From a virus: DNA of 64,000 nucleotides. This document shows, piece by piece, positions 30,926 to 37,640 of this stretch (positions are counted from its first letter, which is position 1; the number at the start of each line of letters is the position of its first letter). The stretch lies in the IMG/VR virus record IMGVR_UViG_3300046782_000589. One strand, 5' to 3'. The translations under genes were made by a program, and so were the position numbers. Below the pieces are notes generated by a model. That model saw nothing but the letters and a program-made list of their open reading frames with translations, ran no database searches and was not told the origin of the DNA.

Positions 30926-31322
30926 CGTCACTTTGCTCACTGAACGGCACCCAGCGTGGGTCAAGCAGCTTGCGAACGCGCGGTCTAGGCCGCAATTGCA
31001 CGCCTTTATAGATAAGGCTCCACCAGACCCGCATTGGACGACAATGATTTTGTGCTTGCGAAGACGGCACCCAATCCTGTGTCGGTTGACACACCTCGTT
31101 CCGCGCCAATGTGTTCATGAGCGGGCCGATGGCACGACGTTCGTGCGTCGATGCATTCGGGTGGTGATCGCCACACCACGTAACGATGTCGGCCGTAAAG
31201 AAGTATGGCTTCCGTACAGCGACTTGTACGCCACTCTCCAGCATGCACACCCACCAATGCGGGTCAGCATTTTTTGCTGCACGATGCATTCCCTCGCGTT
31301 TGCCTTCTGCGCCATCGCTCAT
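30879..31322 (-). CDS. Hypothetical protein
   Basis: 147 aa ORF filling the gap between the nuclease genes. Confidence 0.6.
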   Translation of the reverse strand: MSDGAEGKREGMHRAAKNADPHWWVCMLESGVQVAVRKPYFFTADIVTWCGDHHPNASTHERRAIGPLMNTLARNEVCQPTQDWVPSSQAQNHCRPMRVWWSLIYKGVQLRPRPRVRKLLDPRWVPFSEQSDDAGENRKGGGEEAPH

Positions 31323-31325
31323 GGC

Positions 31326-32015
31326 TTACTTACCCCAGTATTCGCAAGAACGGACCGGACACCACTTCCTGCAGAAACGGTTGGGGATCGGCGGGAAGTT
31401 CTCCTTGGCGTGCGCCTGCTCCAGCCGCAGCACGCGCGGCATCAGGTTGGCCCAGTGCGTGGCGCACTCGTTGCGATAGACCACCTGCGTGGTCTGCGCG
31501 TCCTCCTGCAGCCAGATGAAGTCGCTACGCACGCACTCCAGCTTGGGGAACTGGAGGAACGCCATCAGCGAGGTGAGCAGCAGCTGCACCGGATCGGCGT
31601 TGATCGACTTGCCGGTCTTCCAGTCGACCACCAGCGCTGCTGGCGTGTCGAGCTTGACGGCATCCGCCACCGTGCGCAGCCAGACGTCCTTGGCGAACCA
31701 GGCGCATGGCTTCATGTTGCGGTTGACCGCCCACTGGCACTCGTTCTCGACCAGCAGCTCGCCGTCGGTGCGCGTGACCTTGTCGACCCACTGCTGGAAC
31801 TGCTTGTACTTGGTCGGCAGCGGCTCGCCCGTGCGCAGTGCCGTCGCCATGGACTTGTGGACGTCGTCACCAAATTCCAGGATAGCGGACTTCTCCTCCG
31901 GCCATGCGTCCTTTTTGATCATAAGCTCATGGTAACGTCTGGGACAATCCTCAAACGCTTTAAGCCGACTAAATGACCAGGAGAAGCTCTTGGGTGCGTC
32001 AATTGACTGCAGCAT
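31326..32015 (-). CDS. PD-(D/E)XK (Cas4/RecB-like) exonuclease
   Basis: WSFSRLKAFEDCPRRY, ADAV, VVDWKTGK, QL, C-terminal CRKWCPVRSC. Confidence 0.85.
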   Translation of the reverse strand: MLQSIDAPKSFSWSFSRLKAFEDCPRRYHELMIKKDAWPEEKSAILEFGDDVHKSMATALRTGEPLPTKYKQFQQWVDKVTRTDGELLVENECQWAVNRNMKPCAWFAKDVWLRTVADAVKLDTPAALVVDWKTGKSINADPVQLLLTSLMAFLQFPKLECVRSDFIWLQEDAQTTQVVYRNECATHWANLMPRVLRLEQAHAKENFPPIPNRFCRKWCPVRSCEYWGK

Positions 32016-32042
32016 GTGCGCTTCTTTCTCTAACTTGTAAAT

Positions 32043-32480
32043 TTACACCTGCGCTGCCACCGGGTCAAGCGGCTTGCTGTCGGAAGGCAGGATGATATTG
32101 CCCGACTCGCGCACCTCGATGTCGCACGCCATCGCCACGGCGCGCTCCGCGGTGGCGCCGGGAGAGCGCTCCCAGCCGGGCAGCAGCAGCACGATCTGGG
32201 CGTTGTCGATGATCCAGAGGATCTCGTCCTTCAGCGCTTCCCTGCGCGCCCACTTGCGGCTCTCCTTGTCCAGGCCAAGCAAGGTTTCAAGGTCACCGTA
32301 CATGTCGCGAAGGTGTTCGGCCGGGCTGAACACCTCGGCCCCCTCGGCACGCAACTTTTTGGCCACGTAGTCGAACAGCGGCATATTCCAATTGCCGCCG
32401 GCTGACTCCATCGGCCCGGCGATGTAGATGCGAAGGGGTCCACCCGGCGCGTGTTCCATTTTCATACTCGTCATTTGCAT
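32043..32480 (-). CDS. DUF4406-like protein (nucleoside deoxyribosyltransferase-like fold)
   Basis: RIYIAGPM...FSPAE...LLPGWERSPGATAERAVA. Confidence 0.8.
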   Translation of the reverse strand: MQMTSMKMEHAPGGPLRIYIAGPMESAGGNWNMPLFDYVAKKLRAEGAEVFSPAEHLRDMYGDLETLLGLDKESRKWARREALKDEILWIIDNAQIVLLLPGWERSPGATAERAVAMACDIEVRESGNIILPSDSKPLDPVAAQV

Positions 32481-34393
32481 ACTCCATAATTTGCCCCGGA
32501 GCCTATCTCCACGGCCAGCGGCAGACCCGGCAGCCAGTCCGGCACCCGGGTCATTTCCTCAGAAATTATTGCCTTGGATTCTATCACATTGTCGTTCGGC
32601 ACCAAGAATACGAGCTCGTCGTGCGCCTGCAAGACAAACCTCAAGCCGCGATCGGCGAGCCGGACGGCAGCCTGCATCACCACGATGCGGGCGAGCGCCT
32701 GCGTGATGTTTTCGAGCAGCTTGGCGCCGTACAGACGCACATCGTTGCGCTCGTAGCGCAGGGTCATTTTGTTGGGGAGTCCTATTTGGCCACTCTTGAA
32801 GGTAACCGGATCCCATTTAGCGAATTGAGTGTCGTTGGTGCTGTTGATGACATCGGCCAGATAGCGGTCCAGCCGGCGCCAGGCCTGCGGGATGGCCGGG
32901 TACAGCTTCCGATAGACGCCGACCGTGTACTCGGCCACGCGCTCGTCGAAGATCCCCTCCAGCGATATGCCAGCCTGCCGTGCCTGCGTGGTCACCATCT
33001 GGAAGTAGCGGTCGTGGCCGCAGCCGTAGCCCAGCCCCAGGATGGCGGTCTTGCCGAGGAACCGCTCGTGCGGGTTGTCCTTCTTGGTGACACGACGGTC
33101 GAACACGCGCGAGGCGAACTGGGCATAGACGTCCTCGCCGTCGCGGAACGACTCGATCAGGTCGGCCTGTCCGCACACCACCGCCACGATGCGCGCCTCG
33201 ATCTGGGCGAGGTCGGCCGTGATCATGGTCTGTCCGGACGGCGCCAGCAGCGCCTCGCGCAGCTTCGACTTCGCCTTGTCGCGCGGCAGGTTCTGCATGT
33301 TCAAACCCCACTCGCCCGACAGCCGGCCGGTATGGGCGCCGCCGTAGCGCAGTGCGACCGGCAGCAGCGCGCCGTTCCCGCGCAGTTCTCGCGCAGTTCC
33401 CGCGCAGTTCTGCGCAGTTCCCGCGCAGTTCTGCGCTGTTCCCGCGCCGTTCCACGGCAGGCTGGCGATCTTGATGAACTTCTGCGCGCGCGTCTCCTCG
33501 ATCGTGCTCTTGTGCGACAGCCGCGCCATCGCCAGCGTCTGCACCTGGTAGTTGGTGTCGTCGTCCGGGGAGCGGTCGTATTCGAGCAGCTTGGACATGA
33601 ACGGATCGGACTTGGAGAACTGCGGGATCCACTTGCCCGTGGGTGAGGTCTTGTGCTCGATCTCGACCCCGAGCCGCTCCAGCGTCTGCTTGAACTGGGC
33701 GGTACTCATCAGCGCGGCGCGGTCGTAGCCGCACTCGCGCAGGATGCGCTCCTTGCGCTGCAGCACGTCGACCAGATTGTCCTGCAGCAGCGGCACGTCG
33801 GCGTGCAGGGTGGGCTGCACCGCGGCGCGCAGCACCAGGTCCATGACCCTGCGCTCCTCCTGCGGAAACTCCTTGGACAGCGTCAGGTAGATCTGCATGC
33901 ACAGCCGGGCGTCCTGCAGGGCGTAGGTCTGGAACTCGCCCCACAGCCCGGCGCGCTTGATGCCGGCGGCATCCAGCCCCTTAACCCTGGGCAGGATGTC
34001 ACCCTTGCTGTCGTGGCCGAACAGCTCCTTGGCCACGGCACCGAGGCTGTAGCGTTTGTAGCTGCGCAGCGCGCGCGCCATCCCGAGCGTGTCCTGCAGC
34101 CGGCCGGCGACCCAATTGTAGCGCCACGCCAGGATGGAGAGGTCAAACAGCGCGTTGTGCGAGCAGCACACCGTCTCCTCGGCCGGGTACTTCGACAGGA
34201 ATCGGGGGATGTCCTCTGGCATGACGATCCTGGGAGCGTCCCACTTGATGTCGTAGACCGCCAGGAGCAGCGTCTGGTAGCGCTTGTCGAGGATGTACTC
34301 GGGCGGGCTCATCCGTCGCAGCGAGTACTCGGAATCATAAAAGGTCTCGAAATCCACAAATAAAAATTGCTTAAAAGTACCTTGCCTTGCCAT
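32471..34393 (-). CDS. polA: DNA polymerase, family A
   Basis: Exo I VDFET; motif A TADLAQIEAR; motif B RFLGKTAILGLGYG; motif C AHDEL. Start reassigned to the ATG at 34393 because the upstream 55 codons are translated repeat array. Confidence 0.9.
   Translation of the reverse strand: MARQGTFKQFLFVDFETFYDSEYSLRRMSPPEYILDKRYQTLLLAVYDIKWDAPRIVMPEDIPRFLSKYPAEETVCCSHNALFDLSILAWRYNWVAGRLQDTLGMARALRSYKRYSLGAVAKELFGHDSKGDILPRVKGLDAAGIKRAGLWGEFQTYALQDARLCMQIYLTLSKEFPQEERRVMDLVLRAAVQPTLHADVPLLQDNLVDVLQRKERILRECGYDRAALMSTAQFKQTLERLGVEIEHKTSPTGKWIPQFSKSDPFMSKLLEYDRSPDDDTNYQVQTLAMARLSHKSTIEETRAQKFIKIASLPWNGAGTAQNCAGTAQNCAGTARELRGNGALLPVALRYGGAHTGRLSGEWGLNMQNLPRDKAKSKLREALLAPSGQTMITADLAQIEARIVAVVCGQADLIESFRDGEDVYAQFASRVFDRRVTKKDNPHERFLGKTAILGLGYGCGHDRYFQMVTTQARQAGISLEGIFDERVAEYTVGVYRKLYPAIPQAWRRLDRYLADVINSTNDTQFAKWDPVTFKSGQIGLPNKMTLRYERNDVRLYGAKLLENITQALARIVVMQAAVRLADRGLRFVLQAHDELVFLVPNDNVIESKAIISEEMTRVPDWLPGLPLAVEIGSGANYGVCK
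33371..33454. repeat. 10/11-bp alternating tandem repeat inside the polymerase gene
   Basis: gcgcagttct / gcgcagttccc units, about 7 copies; encodes AGTAQNC AGTAQNC AGTAREL. Confidence 0.85.
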
Positions 34394-34659
34394 GCCATGC
34401 CTCGCCTTGCCATGCCTCGCCTTGCCGTGCCTCGCCTTGCCTCGCCTAGCCGCGCCGTGCCTGACCGTGTCTCGCCACGCCCCGCAGCGCCCCGCAACGC
34501 CTTGCCCCGCCACACCCCGCCGCGCCTTGCCGCGCCCAGCCGCGCCCAGCCGCGCCAAACCTAGCCACGCCCGGCCTTACCGTACCGCGCCTTGCCGAAC
34601 CTCGCCTTGCCGCGCCCAGCCGCGCCGAGCCTTGCCTCGCCTCGCCTCGCCCGGCCGTA
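34380..34659 (-). ncRNA. GGY-NN pentamer array C (56 units), putative guide RNA
   Basis: Unbroken 5-nt phase; constant GGC/GGT (rarely GAC, TGC) plus a variable dinucleotide. The repeat is seen directly; RNA status is inferred. Confidence 0.75.
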
Positions 34660-34675
34660 AAATTTACAAATAAAC

Positions 34676-34860
34676 CCTTGCCTCGCCTAGCCGCGCCTGG
34701 CCGCGCCGGGACTCGCCAAGCCCCGCCTGGCCAAGCCGTGCCGCACCATGCCCAGCCGTGTCCAGCCGCGCCTTGCCTAGCTATGCCGTGCCGCGTCTTG
34801 CCCTGCCCCGCCTAGTCCAGCCCGGCCCCGCCAAGCCACGCCACGCCTTGCCGTGCCAAG
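34676..34860 (-). ncRNA. GGY-NN pentamer array B (37 units), putative guide RNA
   Basis: Same phased structure, bounded by AT-rich linkers. Confidence 0.75.
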
Positions 34861-34880
34861 TCTAAATTTACAAATTAAAC

Positions 34881-35085
34881 CCTTGCCTTGCCTTGTCTAG
34901 CCGCGCCGGGCCGAGCCTTGCCGGGACCTGCCCAGCCACGCCGTGCCTCGCCGCGCCCTGCCGAGCCTCGCCTCGCCCCGCCCAGCCACGCCGAACCCCG
35001 CCACGCCGAGCCCCGCCACGCCGAGCCCCGCCTTGCCTTGCCGCGCCGGGCCGAGCCGCGCCGTGCCCGGCCCTGCCGAGCCTCG
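34881..35085 (-). ncRNA. GGY-NN pentamer array A (41 units), putative guide RNA
   Basis: Begins 6 nt after the stop of the RAMP-like gene. Confidence 0.75.
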
Positions 35086-35091
35086 GCAAAC

Positions 35092-35709
35092 TTAGTCCCA
35101 ACGCTCGATGCGAAACTTTCCAAACACACCGCGGAACGTCCCAAGCCCGATCGCCCGACCGCCTTCTTCGACAAGGTTTAAGACATCCTGCTCCTTGATC
35201 TCCCTGTTAGGAAAAATATCCATTGTGAACTGGATCGACCAGTCGAGCGGCACCACCGGCCGCACCTTGGGATTGGGGATGCCCTTGTCGAGCCGCGCGA
35301 CCGAATAGTGGACATAGCAGCCAGACAGCTCGTCGCGATCGTGGTCGAACTTGCCGAACACGATCGGCTGGCCCTTGCGCATCAGCGGCACCCACGTCTC
35401 GCGAATGCTGACGAACGACAGCATCGCGTTGGCGAGGTCCTTGAACTTGCGCTTGTCACGCAAGCGTTTCGGTGCGGAATTTGTGTTGTGGGCCGACAAG
35501 AAGCTCATAATGTTGAGCGTCGGCAGACCAATAACTCTGGAATCGCCCGGAGCGAAGTACAATTTCTGCTGCGGTTCCAGCTTGGTCTGGTTGTCCCCCG
35601 GATATCTGTCGAACATGATCTCGGTCAGTCCGGTAAGAACCACGTTTCGCGTCACGATGTCCGTCGGCCGGTTGATCTTTACGGCCGCGTCTTTGGTTTT
35701 GTCGAGCAT
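35092..35709 (-). CDS. Stand-alone RAMP/Cas7-like protein (Vipr-like)
   Basis: 205 aa; N-terminal strand VVLTGLTEIMFDRY, LPTLNIMSFL helix and C-terminal Gly-rich loop GGRAIGLGTFRGVFGKF typical of RAMPs. Alternative starts at 35721 and 35733. Confidence 0.75.
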   Translation of the reverse strand: MLDKTKDAAVKINRPTDIVTRNVVLTGLTEIMFDRYPGDNQTKLEPQQKLYFAPGDSRVIGLPTLNIMSFLSAHNTNSAPKRLRDKRKFKDLANAMLSFVSIRETWVPLMRKGQPIVFGKFDHDRDELSGCYVHYSVARLDKGIPNPKVRPVVPLDWSIQFTMDIFPNREIKEQDVLNLVEEGGRAIGLGTFRGVFGKFRIERWD

Positions 35710-35747
35710 GATCAGATCCATCCTTGTTTTCACTTGCCATGAAGTTT

Positions 35748-35867
35748 CCTCGCCTTGCCTCGCCCAGCCACGCCACGCCATGACTTGCCTTGCCGCGCCG
35801 TGCCGGGCCGAGCCGCGCCAAGCCGCGCCAAGCCGGGACTAGCCCCGCCATGCCTTGCCGAGCCAAA
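35748..35867 (-). ncRNA. GGY-NN pentamer array D (24 units), upstream of the RAMP-like gene
   Basis: Same phased structure; begins 3 nt after the stop of the upstream gene. Confidence 0.75.
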
Positions 35868-35870
35868 AAC

Positions 35871-36110
35871 TCACCTTGGTACCCAGCGATTGAACCCCTC
35901 GCGCTTGAGCAAACCCTCTCGCGCCATCTGGCTCAGATGGTACCAGGACTGTTCCCATCCGCCGATCTCGTTTGCCTGCTGGTTGGTGATGAAGCCTTTA
36001 CGCCTGGCGACCTTGAGCACGCGCTCGCGCGCCTCGTCGACCGCCTTGCGCTTGCGCCCGTTGTTCTGCTTGGCCTTCTTCGTCTTCTTCGTCTTCTTCG
36101 TCTTTGCCAT
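35871..36110 (-). CDS. Small basic putative winged-helix DNA-binding protein
   Basis: AAAGGAG RBS; Lys-rich N-terminus; GFITNQQA..I...YHLSQMAREGLL pattern. Confidence 0.6.
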   Translation of the reverse strand: MAKTKKTKKTKKAKQNNGRKRKAVDEARERVLKVARRKGFITNQQANEIGGWEQSWYHLSQMAREGLLKREGFNRWVPR

Positions 36111-36330
36111 TATTGTCTCCTTTACGCCACTGGCGCCCCAGAACCTCGATATAGTCGGGCGTCAGCCCGAACTCCTGCATCAGGGTGAGGAGCAGGGCGA
36201 CATGGTAGGGCGCACCCTCGCGCGCCCAGCGCCGGCCCGAGCGCCGCGACTTGCCGGTGAACAGCCACGCCACCTTCTGCGAGCTGACACCCAGCTCATT
36301 CAAGGCAGCCAGATACTCCGATTTGTCCAT
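35998..36330 (-). CDS. Putative HTH protein
   Basis: LNELGVSSQKVAWLFTGKSRRSGRRW resembles an XRE-like HTH; 3' end overlaps the next gene. Confidence 0.5.
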   Translation of the reverse strand: MDKSEYLAALNELGVSSQKVAWLFTGKSRRSGRRWAREGAPYHVALLLTLMQEFGLTPDYIEVLGRQWRKGDNNGKDEEDEEDEEGQAEQRAQAQGGRRGARARAQGRQA

Positions 36331-36566
36331 AGCCTGGTGCATAACAACTTGTCCGTTTTGACCACAATGGCCAAAAGGTACACTATTATCTCCGGCAGCG
36401 CCAGCTTTTCCCACCGTTCGTCTCCACCCTGCGCATATGGTGCCGTACACAGATGTCCATGCGCAGGGCCACCCGACGCACGCGACGAACCGGAGACGGG
36501 GCTGTGGTCACCCCCGTCTCCGGCGCCGGCTCCACTGCAGCTCGCGACTGCGGCAGTGCCGGAGAC

Positions 36567-37076
36567 TCAGGTCGGATTGTGATTGTCTTCACCACGATCT
36601 CGGTTGGCGCGGGGGTCGAACTGGCTGACTCCCCCCACCGCGCGCGGAAGTCCGCCGGCCGTTCGAGAGAGATCTGGCGCACGACGACTGATGTCGCTGG
36701 CGCGGGGGTCACTGGTGCCGTAGTTGGCGGCCGGATCAAGGCGACCATGACGAAGAGCATCAAGGGCACGCAACTGGACAAGATCATGTGGCGGTGCCGG
36801 CTGCTGACGCTCAAAACCAACTCCCTGCATTGATCCAGAATTGGCTGGATCACCGTTGAGCATGCGATGGATGTCGAGCATGCGCTCGCCCACATCCTTG
36901 AAGCGTGCGACCATGTCGTCATTCTGCTTCGCCTGTGCTGACACTTGGTTGCGGATGATCTCGACCAGCGCCTTGGTCTGGTCGAGCAGCATCTGGGCCT
37001 TGCTGACCTGCTCCTCGGCGGCACGCATCAAGGTGTCGGCAAGCCCGTTGCCCAGCTTGATAAGATCGTCAGTCAT
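36567..37076 (-). CDS. Hypothetical coiled-coil protein
   Basis: GGAGG RBS; helical N-terminal half. Confidence 0.55.
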   Translation of the reverse strand: MTDDLIKLGNGLADTLMRAAEEQVSKAQMLLDQTKALVEIIRNQVSAQAKQNDDMVARFKDVGERMLDIHRMLNGDPANSGSMQGVGFERQQPAPPHDLVQLRALDALRHGRLDPAANYGTSDPRASDISRRAPDLSRTAGGLPRAVGGVSQFDPRANRDRGEDNHNPT

Positions 37077-37330
37077 TTGGCCACCTCCGGCATTGGGATA
37101 ACGTTGCCACTGTCGTCATAGGCGGTGCGGGTGCCGTCCTTGTCATACACGATGGTGCCGAGATGCTTGCCGTCCTTGTCGCGCAGGTAGGCGCGATTGC
37201 CCGAGAACGTCACGGTGCCGATGACTTCCTTGGTGGCGTTGTCGATCAGGTTTCCCGTCTTGGGGAGATCGCCGATCTGCGCCGTTGCCGGCAGCAGCAT
37301 GGCGAGCGTGAACGCGATAGCCAGTTTCAT
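37073..37330 (-). CDS. Small secreted protein
   Basis: MKLAIAFTLAMLLPATA signal peptide. Confidence 0.6.
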   Translation of the reverse strand: MKLAIAFTLAMLLPATAQIGDLPKTGNLIDNATKEVIGTVTFSGNRAYLRDKDGKHLGTIVYDKDGTRTAYDDSGNVIPMPEVAK

Positions 37331-37332
37331 TT

Positions 37333-37566
37333 TCAAAACATCCATTTTGCGATCATGAGGCCGAAGATACACAGCAGCGCATTGGTCAACGCGCCGGTCC
37401 AGCCATTGATGGCGTAGCCGTAACCGGTCGCGACCAGCAAGACGAGCGCGATCACGATGTCGACACGCACCAGCCTGACGCGCCCGCGCTGCCAGACCAC
37501 CGTGCTGGTCCAGTCGGTGATGCCGTCGAGCATGGCGTCAGCCCAGCGGGGGATGCGCAGTCTCAT
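37333..37566 (-). CDS. Small membrane protein
   Basis: GGAG RBS; two hydrophobic segments. Confidence 0.6.
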   Translation of the reverse strand: MRLRIPRWADAMLDGITDWTSTVVWQRGRVRLVRVDIVIALVLLVATGYGYAINGWTGALTNALLCIFGLMIAKWMF

Positions 37567-37577
37567 GTCGACTCCAT

Positions 37578-37625
37578 AAAAGAGCGGGCGCGACCGGAGG
37601 GTTGAAGTCCTAAGCCGCGCCCGCC
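37578..37625 (-). terminator. Probable intrinsic terminator after the PEP-CTERM-like gene
   Basis: GCGGGCGCG...CGCGCCCGC stem followed by a T-run on the minus strand. Confidence 0.5.
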
Positions 37626-37640
37626 TCACTCAGACGCTAC

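Noticed and set aside
31326-32015. Cas4-like nuclease as an adaptation component of the RAMP locus
   Set aside because: It is the standard PD-(D/E)XK gene of helicase/VRR-NUC/PolA phage replication modules and lies 2.4 kb away; nothing links it to the arrays.
34394-34558. 55-aa N-terminal extension of the polymerase (ARHGKARHG...)
   Set aside because: It is a translation of array C; family A phage polymerases begin a few residues before the DxET motif.
35456-35740. Alternative-frame ORF MASENKDG... with a good RBS overlapping the RAMP-like gene
   Set aside because: The product has no recognisable features and overlaps the conserved frame. A frameshifted true start cannot be fully excluded without reads or homolog alignment.
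34380-35867. Classical CRISPR array or simple microsatellite
   Set aside because: There are no 23-50 bp direct repeats with unique spacers, and the strict constant-3/variable-2 pattern over 158 units does not fit a decaying microsatellite.
34309-36188. Arg/Pro/Ala-rich ORFs over the arrays (e.g. 34367-34564, 34392-34673, 34868-35101, 34888-35181, 35790-36188)
   Set aside because: GGY-NN repeats lack stop codons in most frames; the products are periodic low-complexity artefacts.
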